Positions 27,900 through 37,610 of a stretch of DNA of 51,909 bases are shown one piece after another. Origin of the DNA: Deltaproteobacteria bacterium (GTDB lineage Bacteria; Myxococcota_A; UBA9160; SMWR01); assembly GCA_032128115.1 (NCBI GenBank), contig JAQBHB010000112.1, positions 1-51,909 on the forward strand. Reading direction: 5' to 3'. Every line of letters starts with the position of its first letter. The stretch's first letter is position 1. A program made the translations under genes and the position numbers. Below the pieces are notes generated by a model. That model saw only the letters and a list, made by a program, of their open reading frames with translations. It was not told where the DNA came from and did not search any database.

Positions 27900-28724
27900 T
27901 CACATGATGTCGCGCCTGCGACGCCGGACCAAACCGGTCGAACCGTGCGGTGCGTCTGATCCACGCCAGCAGCCGAGGGCGGCCAGTCCGACCAGGCCGA
28001 AGGTCAGCAGCAGATCGTGCGTAGGCTCGGGAAGAGCCAGAACGGCTTCGGTGATCAGCAGGCTCTCGATCTCCCTGCCCAGTCCGAATCGGTGAACCCC
28101 TCCGTCCGAATACAGATCATCGATCGTCGCCCCTTCCCGCATCGCCTGGAGGAAGGCGTCGTAGGCATTCGCGAACCGCACCTGCTCACCCAGCGCGATC
28201 CGTTCGGCGACCAACGCCGCAATTTCGTCGCGAACCCACTCCAAACGGTCGTTGATCTCGGGCACGGTCAATCCCGGCACCGGCTTGAAGATCGGCGGCG
28301 GGGCCACGATCACCACCGGCAGGCCGGCTGCCACGGCAGCCAGTGTTCCGGCCTCGATCTCGTCCATCGTGCGATCGATCGTCCACGATGCCACGATCCG
28401 CACGTCGTTCGTGCCGCAGAAGATCACGACGACGTCGGAGTCTTCGGGGGGCGCGGCCGGGCTGGCCAGGTCGAGCTCGAGTCGGGGGACCACGTCGTTC
28501 CAGCACTCGTCTCCGTTCTCGCCGAAATCGAGTGCCGACCAGGCGGGGGGCAGATACGGGAACCAGTCGCCTCCCCTCGTGAGCGAGTCGCCGTAGGCCG
28601 CAAGCTCCACCGGATCCCCCGTCCCGAACGGGACGGCATCGGCAGAGGACGGGGCAAGAAACGTCACGCTGAGCACCAGAGCTGCCGCTCCGACGAACTC
28701 CCGGCGTGCGTCCCCCACTCCCAT
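27900..28724 (-). CDS. SGNH/GDSL hydrolase with PEP-CTERM-like sorting tail
   Basis: AYGDSLT, CGTND, DGGVH; LPEP followed by a TM helix and basic residues. Confidence 0.8.
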   Translation of the reverse strand: MGVGDARREFVGAAALVLSVTFLAPSSADAVPFGTGDPVELAAYGDSLTRGGDWFPYLPPAWSALDFGENGDECWNDVVPRLELDLASPAAPPEDSDVVVIFCGTNDVRIVASWTIDRTMDEIEAGTLAAVAAGLPVVIVAPPPIFKPVPGLTVPEINDRLEWVRDEIAALVAERIALGEQVRFANAYDAFLQAMREGATIDDLYSDGGVHRFGLGREIESLLITEAVLALPEPTHDLLLTFGLVGLAALGCWRGSDAPHGSTGLVRRRRRDIM

Positions 28725-28811
28725 GGCCGGGCGATGCTACCGACGGGCGGTGGGTGTGGGAAGGCACCCTTCTGGGCGGCGTCAGGGCGCGCTCGGACGC
28801 CCAGCGCGCGT

Positions 28812-29489
28812 CTACAGAACCCCGGTTCGGTTCGACAGTTCGCCGTCGCGCAGATACTCGACGGCGAGTTTGTCGCCGGCCTCGTATTTGCGCATCAGGA
28901 CCCAGAGCTCCGGGATCGTGAAGACCGGCGCGCCCCCCACCGTCAGCAGGCGATCGCCGGACTCGAGCCCCGCGCGAGCCGCGAAGCCGTCTTCGTCCAC
29001 CCGGCTCACCACCAGGCCCGAGGGCCTTTCGCGCACCAGCATGCCCGGGTGGCGCATGGGGCGCACGAAGCGCTTCACGGCGATGCCCGTCTCCACGTAG
29101 AAGAGCAGGTCCGCAATGGCCTGGCCCCAGCCACACGTCACGAGTTCCACCATGGCGTCGCCGGCCTCGCCTTCGCCGTGACCCTCACCCGAGTGGATCA
29201 CCTCCACGCGCGTGCCCTCCCCTTCGGGCTCGAGGCGCACCGTGACTTGTGTCTGGGCGTGGGGGCCCGTGCCTTCCGTGTGGCGCAACAGGCGCTCGGG
29301 CACCACCTCCTCCACGCGACCGGTGCATTCGTGTTGGCCGATCCGCCAGTAGACGCGTGCGCCCACCCGGGGCTCGATCTCGTATTCCTCGGCCTCCCAC
29401 CTGGCGCGCTCGCCGCCGTCGGCGAACAGCGACCAGACGCGCGACACCGGCGCGGGCACGAAGAAGCGCTGCTCGACCTGGGAACTCAT
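28812..29489 (-). CDS. SRPBCC/AHSA1 domain plus PDZ domain protein
   Basis: FVPAPVSRVWSLF...EPEGEGTRVEVIHSG...GWGQAIADL, then AARAGLESGDRLLTVGG; ATGA overlap with the sigma gene. Confidence 0.8.
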   Translation of the reverse strand: MSSQVEQRFFVPAPVSRVWSLFADGGERARWEAEEYEIEPRVGARVYWRIGQHECTGRVEEVVPERLLRHTEGTGPHAQTQVTVRLEPEGEGTRVEVIHSGEGHGEGEAGDAMVELVTCGWGQAIADLLFYVETGIAVKRFVRPMRHPGMLVRERPSGLVVSRVDEDGFAARAGLESGDRLLTVGGAPVFTIPELWVLMRKYEAGDKLAVEYLRDGELSNRTGVL

Positions 29490-30505
29490 GACGTACCTCC
29501 TTCTTCCCCGGGCTTCGGGTAGTTGACGCCCGGCGCCAGGGTGGGATAGCGGTAGATGCCGGTGCGGACCGGGAGGCCCAGTTCTTCGCCCACCGCGCGG
29601 GTGATCTCGGGGCTGAAGCTGTAGCAGCGCATGCACGAGACGAAGCCCTCTTCTTCCTGGAAGCGGATCACGCCTTCCAGCGCCTGCTTTCCCCGGCGCG
29701 TGGTGAGCAGGCCCACGATGGGCTCGCCCCGGAAGACCAGGCGCTCGGCCCGGCGGCTCTCGTAGCGCCACACGGCCGGCCACTCGGGATGGCCGCCGAG
29801 CGCTCCCTCGAACCAGCTCTTGGGGCTGCGGTGGCCTTCGGCACCCCACTCCATGCCGACGCCCACGTTTTCGACGGTGGCGTTGTCGAGCACGAGCTCG
29901 AGCAGGCCCGGCTTGTCTTCGGCGTTGAAGAGTTCGACGAAGCGGTCCACCAGCAAGGGCGAGGGCAGCGGACGCTTCGGATCGGTTTCGGGTTCGGGCT
30001 CGCGCAGGCGCGTGCGGCCCCGGTGCAGGGCGGCCTTCACGGCGCCGATCGTGGTTTCGAGCACTTCGGCACTCTCCCCGAGGCTGAGATCGAAGACGTC
30101 CTTCAGGACCACGGCGGCGCGCTCGCGGGGGGCGAGGCGCTGCAGGAGGGCCTGGCCCGCGTCGCGCACGGCGCCGGGCTGGCTCGAGGCGACCACCGGC
30201 GCGTCGGTCTCGGCCAGGGCTGCGGCCTCGGACTCGCGGCGACGCAGCGTATCGATCCAGAGGTGCGTAGCGGTGCGCAAGACGTAGGCCCGCGGGTTGC
30301 GCACCGGATCGTGCAGCAGGGCCAGGGCGCCAAAGCTGCGAAGCAGGGTGTCCTGGGCCAGGTCCTCGCCGTCCCACAGGTTGCCCGCGAGCCGGCGACA
30401 ATAGGCGTGAAGCGCCGGCCGGAAAGAGGTCACGAGATCCAGGAAGCGATGCCACGACGCCCGCAGCTCGTCTCGCAAGGGGTCGGTCAGCTGAAACTCG
30501 CTCAC
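29486..30505 (-). CDS. ECF sigma factor with SnoaL-like C-terminal extension
   Basis: YCRRLAGNLWDGEDLAQDT, RERAAVVLKDVF, GAVKAALHRGR; GTG 30505 with GGAGG. Confidence 0.88.
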   Translation of the reverse strand: MSEFQLTDPLRDELRASWHRFLDLVTSFRPALHAYCRRLAGNLWDGEDLAQDTLLRSFGALALLHDPVRNPRAYVLRTATHLWIDTLRRRESEAAALAETDAPVVASSQPGAVRDAGQALLQRLAPRERAAVVLKDVFDLSLGESAEVLETTIGAVKAALHRGRTRLREPEPETDPKRPLPSPLLVDRFVELFNAEDKPGLLELVLDNATVENVGVGMEWGAEGHRSPKSWFEGALGGHPEWPAVWRYESRRAERLVFRGEPIVGLLTTRRGKQALEGVIRFQEEEGFVSCMRCYSFSPEITRAVGEELGLPVRTGIYRYPTLAPGVNYPKPGEEGGTS

Positions 30506-30680
30506 GGGGCTTCCCTCCTGTTTCGAGCCTCTGCCTCGAGCCTCTGCCCTGCAGGACGAACGGGAGCCCCAAAAGGATACGCCCCCGGGAGGGAAGATTT
30601 CGGGAATCTCCCGGGAAAGACGCTGGCGCCGTGCCCATTCAAGCACTCAACCGGACCTCCGGAACCCCCGATAAGAAAGC

Positions 30681-31685
30681 ATGGAATTCCATCTGCGTAC
30701 GAGTTGCACATGGGTGATCGCGATCGCGAGCGCCGTGATTGCGAGCACTGGCGCCGGTGCCGAGCCGATCCCCGATACCGTCTGGTGCGAAGAAGACTAC
30801 TGGTTCGAGATCGCCGAACCCGCCGGCTGGACGCTCGACTGGCGGCTGGGCGGCGAGTCGCTGACGCTCACCTTCGAGAGCCAGCGGCCCGAAGCCCCGG
30901 GCGTCCAGATGAAGTTCCGGCTGGTGCGGGCGAGCGATAGCCCGCCCGGCTCCGTGGATCTGGACGTGGACGAGACCCTCCAGAGCCTGGTGAGGCTCGC
31001 CACCGCCTTCAGCGAGCCCAACATCGCGGAGGCCTTTGACGCCAGCCACCCGCACCTGCCCGCGGCCGCAAGCGCCGTCCCCATGGGCGATGGAATGCGA
31101 TATCTCGCGGCTCTCGACGTGCAAAACGGCCGGGGCAGCTACTTCATGGCCACCCTCGCAACGCCCGAAGGCCAGGCCCGGGGACAGGAGCTTGCGGACT
31201 TTCGCGCGACCCTGGCTTCGATCGAGTTCGATCCCTACCGGGGCTGCACCCAGCGTTCCGGTGGCGAAACGGTGGTGGTCGCGCTCGAGGGGCCCGGCGG
31301 GCTCACGGCGCCGCCGGCTGCACCCCCGGCCGCACCCCCGGCCGCACCCGACAGGGAAGCGCCCTCCTTCAGCCTCGACGCCGCCAGCGCCGGCTGCGCC
31401 GAACTCGGCGATGCGCTGGTGCCTCTCTCCTGCGCGAACGTACGCATCGGCGACGAGCCTGCGCTGTTGGCAAAGTTCGAGGATGGCAAGCTACCGGCCA
31501 GCTACTACGCAAACGTGAACTACCCGCGCGTGGCCCAGGCCTTTTGTGACGAGGCGGCCCGCGCCGGCGCGGGCGCTCCGCGCCTGATCTTCCACGTGGC
31601 CGAAGGCCCCGCGGCCCGCGAGTTCGACTGCCAGTCCTACCGCCTGGGCGCCACGGTTTCGCTCGAGAGCATCAAGTACGAGTAG
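30681..31685 (+). CDS. Hypothetical exported protein with Pro/Ala linker
   Basis: Signal peptide, high-GC codon usage, PPAAPPAAPPAAP linker. Confidence 0.7.
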   Translation: MEFHLRTSCTWVIAIASAVIASTGAGAEPIPDTVWCEEDYWFEIAEPAGWTLDWRLGGESLTLTFESQRPEAPGVQMKFRLVRASDSPPGSVDLDVDETLQSLVRLATAFSEPNIAEAFDASHPHLPAAASAVPMGDGMRYLAALDVQNGRGSYFMATLATPEGQARGQELADFRATLASIEFDPYRGCTQRSGGETVVVALEGPGGLTAPPAAPPAAPPAAPDREAPSFSLDAASAGCAELGDALVPLSCANVRIGDEPALLAKFEDGKLPASYYANVNYPRVAQAFCDEAARAGAGAPRLIFHVAEGPAAREFDCQSYRLGATVSLESIKYE

Positions 31686-31829
31686 CCCTGGCCTGCCGGC
31701 TCCCGGAGTCGGAGCCGGTCGTCGGGATCAGCGATCGTCGCGGCGGCTCGCGTGCGCCGAAGAACGCGAACACCAGGCCCATCTTCTCAGAGCACCCACA
31801 GGTGTCAGCAATCTATTGAGGCCCCTCCG

Positions 31830-33116
31830 CTAGGCCCGGGTGCAGGCCAGCGGCAAGCGTTTCGGGCCTCGCAGCAGGAACGAGTCGAGATACTCGGTCT
31901 CGGATTCCAGCGACTCGAACTTCGCCACGCGCTTGAAGAGCTCTTCGAAGCCCACCCGCGCCTCGAGCCGAGCCAGCGACGCGCCCAGACAGAAGTGGAT
32001 GCCGAAGCCGAAGCCCAGATGGCCGCGGGCGTCGCGGTCGGGGTCGAAGCGGTCAGCATCGGGGAACTGCTTGTCGTCGCGGTTGGCCGATGCGAAGATC
32101 GGCATCACGATCGAGCCCTCGGGGATCTTCGCGCCGGCGAGCTCCGCGTCCTGCGTCGTCTCCCGGAAGAGCATCTGGATCGGGCCGTCATAGCGCACGC
32201 TTTCCTCCACCAGATTCGGAACCCGCGAGGGGTCGGCGCGCAGCCCGTCCACCAGGTCGGGTCGGCCGAGCAGCGCCATGACTCCGTTTCCGATCAGATT
32301 CGTGGTGGTCTCGTTGCCTGCCACCAGCAGCAGCACCGTGAACATCAGCGTCTCCATGGGCGTGAGCGAGGCCTCCCCGCTCTCGGCCGCCACCAGGGTG
32401 CTGACGAGGTCGTCTTTCGGGTTCCGGCGGCGGCGCGCGATGGCGTCCATGAAATACTGATTGAACTCCTTGAAGGTCTGGAGCAACGCCGCGGGATTCG
32501 TTCCCGAGCCACTGCCGGTGGTGCCGGCGATCAGGGTGTCCGACCAGCGTTTGAAGTCGGCGAGTCGATCCGATTCCACGCCCAGCAGCTCGGCGATCAC
32601 GGTCACCGGCAGCGGGATCGTGAAGTCGGCCACCAGGTCGCACGAGTCGGATTCGAGCATCCGGTCGAGTGCGTCCGACGCGATCTGGCGAATCCGTGGC
32701 TCGAGCGCGGCGATGCGCCGGGGGCTGAACCCACGATTCACGATGCTTCGCAGGCGCTCGTGGTTGGGGGGATCCGAGGCGATGATCGACGGCTGCGTCA
32801 TCATCTCCACCGGGTTGAAGCCCAGGTCGTCCGACAGCCCGGCCAGCATCTTCAGGGCCGTGGGGTCGATGGCCTGGCTCGCGTCCACGTTCTGGATGCC
32901 CACGCCCATGCCCGACATCATCAAGCGCTGCATGGCGCTCGACGAGAAGAGCTCGGGGTGCTTCAGCACATGCAGCACGTCGTCGTAACGCGACACCATG
33001 TAGTAGCCCTGGTTCTCCAGGCGATACACGGGTGCGTGCTCCCGCAACGCGGCGAAGTGCGGATACGGGTTGGCGCCCGTTTCGGTGGAGAAGGGGTCGT
33101 AGTGCACGTCCGTCAT
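31830..33116 (-). CDS. Cytochrome P450
   Basis: LVAGNETT, EESVR, FGFGIHFCLG heme motif. Confidence 0.97.
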   Translation of the reverse strand: MTDVHYDPFSTETGANPYPHFAALREHAPVYRLENQGYYMVSRYDDVLHVLKHPELFSSSAMQRLMMSGMGVGIQNVDASQAIDPTALKMLAGLSDDLGFNPVEMMTQPSIIASDPPNHERLRSIVNRGFSPRRIAALEPRIRQIASDALDRMLESDSCDLVADFTIPLPVTVIAELLGVESDRLADFKRWSDTLIAGTTGSGSGTNPAALLQTFKEFNQYFMDAIARRRRNPKDDLVSTLVAAESGEASLTPMETLMFTVLLLVAGNETTTNLIGNGVMALLGRPDLVDGLRADPSRVPNLVEESVRYDGPIQMLFRETTQDAELAGAKIPEGSIVMPIFASANRDDKQFPDADRFDPDRDARGHLGFGFGIHFCLGASLARLEARVGFEELFKRVAKFESLESETEYLDSFLLRGPKRLPLACTRA

Positions 33117-33796
33117 GAGTCTCTCCGATCCGGTGCGGCCGCGCGCGCGTCGAGCGCCCGCGGACCGCGAATGCCCAGCAGGCGGCGGGTGATGTCGAGT
33201 ACGTCGCGCTTGTGCGCGGCGAGCTGCTCGTCCGATAGTGCGTCGTAGGGCAGCGTCGCCACGAAGGTGGGAAGCGCCGCCACGTAGAAGAGTGTGGCGC
33301 CCGCCACGATGCTCAGGAAGTGAAGCGGGTCGGATCGCGACGGGCGGAAGACCCCCGTGCGCTCGCCCTCCTCGAACATCTGCTCGAGCAGCAACAGGAA
33401 CGGGCGCGCCTGCTCCTGGAGATCTTCGCGGGCGCTGGGGTCGGGGTTCACCGCCTCGCGCACGGCGATGCGCGCCGCCACCGGGCGGCGACCCACGGAG
33501 TCGATGAAGTTCGACACGGCGGCCTCGATGCGCTCGGGCAGCGGCCGCTCGGCCGCGAGCGCCGCGCGCATCTCGACCAGCAGGTCACCGAACAGGTCGT
33601 CGAGCACCGCGCGGTAGAGCTGGCGCTTGTCGCTGAAGTGGTAGAGCACGGCCGAGCGGCCGATGCCCACGTCGGCCCCCACGTCCTCGAGCCGGGTGTC
33701 GCGAAAGCCGTGGCTGGCGAAGCGCTGGCCCGCGGCCTCGAGGATCTGGCCCCGGGTCTGCTCGGCTCGCTTGCTGCGGGCAGCGACTCGCGTCAT
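33113..33796 (-). CDS. TetR/AcrR family regulator
   Basis: QILEAAGQRFASHGFRDTRLEDVG...YHFSDKRQLY. Confidence 0.93.
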   Translation of the reverse strand: MTRVAARSKRAEQTRGQILEAAGQRFASHGFRDTRLEDVGADVGIGRSAVLYHFSDKRQLYRAVLDDLFGDLLVEMRAALAAERPLPERIEAAVSNFIDSVGRRPVAARIAVREAVNPDPSAREDLQEQARPFLLLLEQMFEEGERTGVFRPSRSDPLHFLSIVAGATLFYVAALPTFVATLPYDALSDEQLAAHKRDVLDITRRLLGIRGPRALDARAAAPDRRDS

Positions 33797-33810
33797 GGAC
33801 GCGGAGCCTG

Positions 33811-33832
33811 TGACTGACTGGCGAGTCAGTCA
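33811..33832. promoter_or_regulatory. Palindromic TetR-type operator
   Basis: TGACTGACT-GGCG-AGTCAGTCA perfect 9-bp inverted repeat 14 bp upstream of the TetR ATG. Confidence 0.75.
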
Positions 33833-33931
33833 ATGGGTGAATCAAAGTATCTGGAATCCTTCACGAAATTCGAGGGATCGGGGATCTACCCGAGCCCGTC
33901 GGCATCGCTCACCCGGGGAGGCCGGATCGGA

Positions 33932-35848
33932 TCAGTGGGAGGCGAGATACTGACGCACCACGTCGAGCAACCCGGCGCCGTAGCGTTTCGCCTTCGCCGG
34001 GCCCATGCCGTGGGCCTCCAGAAGCGTGTCGCTGCTGCCGGGCTTCAGGCGCGCGATGTCGCGCAGCGTGCGGTCGTGGGCCACCACGTAGGGCGGCACG
34101 TTCTCCGCCCGGGAGACCTCGAGGCGGTACTCGCGCAGGGCGTCCATGAGGCCCAGATCGTCGGGCGAGAGTTCGGCTTCCGCCCCGCGCGGAGCGGCCC
34201 GGCGCCGCCGGGTGGATCCGCTGGCGGCGGCGGGTCGCGGCGCACGGGTCGGCGGCAACACCACCCGAGCCGGTCGATCGCCCCGCATCACCGCGCGGCC
34301 GGATTCCGTGAGCACACCGACGGGCCGATCGCCGCCTTCGAAGTCGACCCAGCCGGCCGTGACGAATCGGCGCACCAGTCGCTGCAACCATTCTTCCGGG
34401 TGCTCCCGCAGGATTCCGAACGTGGGCGTGCGGTCGAGGCCCGTGCGACCCAGGCGTTCATCGGCACTGCCGCGAAGCAACTGCACCGCCGCGCTGAGGC
34501 CGAACCGGCCGTGGGTGCGCGCCACACCCGAAAGCGCCTTGCGCACGATCAGGGTCACCGCCGCAGGATCGCGGTCGTCGTCGTCGCCATCGTCGAGAGT
34601 CCGGCACACATCACACATGCCGCATCCGGCGAGCGTCTCCGCCTCATCGCTGAAGTAGCGCAGGATCGCGTCGTGGCGGCAGCTGCCGCCCTCGGCCCAG
34701 CGCATGAGCTCGAGGAAGAGGTTCCACTTGTGTTCGACGACGGCCTCGGAGGGCGCGGCGCCGTCGGCACCCGTCTCGATCAGATGACGGCGGCGGGGGA
34801 AGTCGGAAGCCGCGAACAGGAGCAATCCGATGGCGGGCTTGCCGTCGCGTCCGGCGCGGCCCACCTCCTGGTAGTAGGCCTCGATCGATCCCGGCGGTGC
34901 CAGGTGGATCACGGCGCGCACGTCGGCGCGGTCGATGCCCATGCCGAAGGCGTTGGTGGCCACCACCGCGTCGAGCTCGCCCGCCATGAACTCGCGATGC
35001 ACGCGGCTGCGTGTGTCGCCGTCGAGTCCGGCGTGGTAGAAGCGGCAGGCCCAGCCCCGCTGGTGCAGACGCGCCGCCTCGGCTTCGGCCGCCCGTCGCG
35101 TGGGCGAGTACACGATGGCCGTGCCGCGGTCGGACCCGGGACTCCCCAGGGCCTCGCTCAGCAGCGCGTCCACGGCACCGCGCCGGTCGGGCGCACCCGC
35201 CACCTCCTGGGCTCGCAGCGCCAGGTTCGGGCGCGCAAAGCCGTGCACGAGCTGGGGAGTGTCGGCCGGAAGCCCCAGGCGCTCCAGGATCTCGTCGCGC
35301 ACCACCGGCGTGGCCGTGGCCGTGCAGGCCAGGATGCGCGCCTTCGGCAGCTGCTCGACGAAGCGTCCGATCTCCATGTACTCGGGCCGGAAGTCGTGGC
35401 CCCACTCGCTGATGCAGTGGGCCTCGTCCACGGCCAGCAGCGGACAATCGAGGTCACCCACCAGCGAGCGGAAGCCGTCGAGGGCGAGCCGTTCCGGGGC
35501 CACGTAGACGAGCTTGTAGTCGCCACGGGCGATGCCGCGGAAGCGCGCGCGACTCTCTTCGGCGTCGAGGGTCGACGCCAGGAAGGTGGCCGGCACGCCG
35601 CAGCGGTCGAGCGAGTCGGTCTGGTCCTGCATCAGGGCGATCAACGGCGATACCACCAACGTGGTGCCCGGCAGCAGACTCGCCGGCAGCTGGTAGGTCA
35701 GGCTCTTGCCGCCGCCGGTGGGCGCCACCAGCAGCAGGCGGCCGCGATCCAGCAGCGTTTCGATGGCTTCGCGCTGCCCCGGGCGGAAGTCGGGATGCCC
35801 GAAGCGCATCAGCCGCGCGTTCAGATCGAGCGACGCATCGGATGTCAT
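33932..35848 (-). CDS. recQ: ATP-dependent DNA helicase RecQ (with RQC and HRDC)
   Basis: PTGGGKS, VDEAHCISEWGHDFRP, TATA, FGMGID, QEVGRAGRDG, VPPYVV. Confidence 0.93.
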   Translation of the reverse strand: MTSDASLDLNARLMRFGHPDFRPGQREAIETLLDRGRLLLVAPTGGGKSLTYQLPASLLPGTTLVVSPLIALMQDQTDSLDRCGVPATFLASTLDAEESRARFRGIARGDYKLVYVAPERLALDGFRSLVGDLDCPLLAVDEAHCISEWGHDFRPEYMEIGRFVEQLPKARILACTATATPVVRDEILERLGLPADTPQLVHGFARPNLALRAQEVAGAPDRRGAVDALLSEALGSPGSDRGTAIVYSPTRRAAEAEAARLHQRGWACRFYHAGLDGDTRSRVHREFMAGELDAVVATNAFGMGIDRADVRAVIHLAPPGSIEAYYQEVGRAGRDGKPAIGLLLFAASDFPRRRHLIETGADGAAPSEAVVEHKWNLFLELMRWAEGGSCRHDAILRYFSDEAETLAGCGMCDVCRTLDDGDDDDRDPAAVTLIVRKALSGVARTHGRFGLSAAVQLLRGSADERLGRTGLDRTPTFGILREHPEEWLQRLVRRFVTAGWVDFEGGDRPVGVLTESGRAVMRGDRPARVVLPPTRAPRPAAASGSTRRRRAAPRGAEAELSPDDLGLMDALREYRLEVSRAENVPPYVVAHDRTLRDIARLKPGSSDTLLEAHGMGPAKAKRYGAGLLDVVRQYLASH

Positions 35849-35938
35849 GTCGGAACGGCACCCCCCGGGACCGCTGCGAAGTGAGTGGACCGAACGTACC
35901 ACGCCCGAGGCCCGCGCGGGGCCGACGGGCCGAGCCCG

Positions 35939-37597
35939 TCAGGAACGGCTGGGTCGGGGCAACTCGAGCACCCGAAACGGCTCGAGCGTGTCGATGGCGG
36001 CATCGCCGTCGTCGGGGCTCCAGGCGAAGAACGAGAGCGTCAGCGACTGCGGCGTGAAGTCGAGCAGGGTGAAGCCGTTGCGTTCCAGCGGCTCGATCCA
36101 CTCCTCGGCGGTGAGCGTGCCCGAGGGCAGCGGGCGCTGATTGCGAAACTTCGACGGCCAGCCAAAGGCCCCCGTGCCGATGGCGCCGCACAGCACACTC
36201 ACGGGGGGATTCTTCTCGAGCGATTGGCCGTGGCTCGAGAGCATGCGACCGGCCGCCACCGCGTGCAGGTCGCCGCTCACCCACAGGGGCGTGCGATCCC
36301 GACGCGCCGCGGTCGCCCGGATCAGGCGATCGTGCTGGTCTCCCCAGCCGCCCGGCCAGTACGGTTTGGCGAGATCCGCGCGCAGCACGCCGTTCTCGTC
36401 CTTCGTGTCCGGGTACCACTCGCCCCACTTGCCAGCGCTCCACAGTACGGGCGTCGACGGCATGTGGGCCAGGTGCGCACACGGCGACGAAGCGGTGCGC
36501 GCCAGCAGCCAGCGCTCGATGTCCGGAGGCACGAACCACGAATCGTCCCGTGGCGCGGCCGGGTCGGCGCCGTTGGCGAGAAAACGCCGGCAATCGTAGA
36601 GCAGTGCCTCGAACAACCGGCCGTAGCGCACGCCGCCGAAGCTCTCGGCCATGCCGCCGCGCAGCGCGTAGGGCAGCGGAAACGCCTCGTCCACCAGCAG
36701 CTCCGGGTAGTAGAGACGTTGTGTGCTGCGAGCCAGGTCCAGCATGAAGGGATCCGGGGGGAACGTGCGCAGCTCTTCGCTGGCTTCGTCGTTCTCGCCG
36801 TAATCGTGGTCGTCCTGCAGGAAGAAGACCGGCAGCGAGCGGAAGCGCACGCCGTAGAGATCGGCGATCTGGGGCCCGAAGGCGCGCTGCAACACCCCCT
36901 CGTTCTGGGTGCCCAACACCGGCTGGTTGCGATCGAAGTGGCCCGCCACCCAGCCCGCAGGGATCGATTCGCCCATGGCCCAGCCGAATCTGCTCTTGAG
37001 ATCCCAGTACACGTGATCGCCGTTGGCGATGGCCGCATCGGGCGAAAACGAGAGCGCGCGGGCGAACAGCCGCTGGCGCTGGGCGATGCGCAGGTAGGCA
37101 TCCACCAGGCCGTAGCCGAACAGGCGATCCGGACCGCCGGCACACATGTAGGCCAGCAGGCGAAAGTGCTCGGGCTCGTCGTCGGGCGCCGGAAATGTGG
37201 CAAGCGGCCAGGAATCGCAGATCGGGTCGCCCGTGGCTTCCAGGATTCGGAGTGTGTAGTCCGTGGCCGGATCGAGCCCGGAAAGGTCGAATGTGAAATG
37301 CTGACCGCCGGAATCGCTCGAGCGCCCGCGGGTGCGACGTCCATTCACGTCGAGCAGCAGTGCCTCGGCGCGCGGCGTGCGGAATGACGCCTTCACCCGG
37401 AAGCGCCGGTGGTTCACGGTGGGCAGGAGGTGCAGAAGGTCGCCGGCGTTCCAGCCGTCGCCGGGCGGCGCCGCGGGGCCCGATCCGCAGGCGACGCCAC
37501 CGGCCCCAGCCACGAGAGAGCCGGCTGCGCCCAGCGCCCCCTTCAGGAAATCGCGGCGCTGAATCGCTGGGGCCTCCTGGCGGTGAGGACCCAGCAT
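35939..37597 (-). CDS. Tat-exported PhoD-like metallophosphoesterase
   Basis: QRRDFLK twin-arginine signal; NGDHVYWD, QDDHDYGEND, SGDLH. Confidence 0.75.
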   Translation of the reverse strand: MLGPHRQEAPAIQRRDFLKGALGAAGSLVAGAGGVACGSGPAAPPGDGWNAGDLLHLLPTVNHRRFRVKASFRTPRAEALLLDVNGRRTRGRSSDSGGQHFTFDLSGLDPATDYTLRILEATGDPICDSWPLATFPAPDDEPEHFRLLAYMCAGGPDRLFGYGLVDAYLRIAQRQRLFARALSFSPDAAIANGDHVYWDLKSRFGWAMGESIPAGWVAGHFDRNQPVLGTQNEGVLQRAFGPQIADLYGVRFRSLPVFFLQDDHDYGENDEASEELRTFPPDPFMLDLARSTQRLYYPELLVDEAFPLPYALRGGMAESFGGVRYGRLFEALLYDCRRFLANGADPAAPRDDSWFVPPDIERWLLARTASSPCAHLAHMPSTPVLWSAGKWGEWYPDTKDENGVLRADLAKPYWPGGWGDQHDRLIRATAARRDRTPLWVSGDLHAVAAGRMLSSHGQSLEKNPPVSVLCGAIGTGAFGWPSKFRNQRPLPSGTLTAEEWIEPLERNGFTLLDFTPQSLTLSFFAWSPDDGDAAIDTLEPFRVLELPRPSRS

Positions 37598-37610
37598 AAG
37601 CAACGCCGGC

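Noticed and set aside
29490..30638. 608-aa ORF 28812-30638 as a single protein
   Set aside because: The 5' part is an alternative frame of the ECF sigma gene; the real start is 29489 after GGAGG
31310..31350. 12-bp tandem repeat x3
   Set aside because: Simply encodes a PAAP linker
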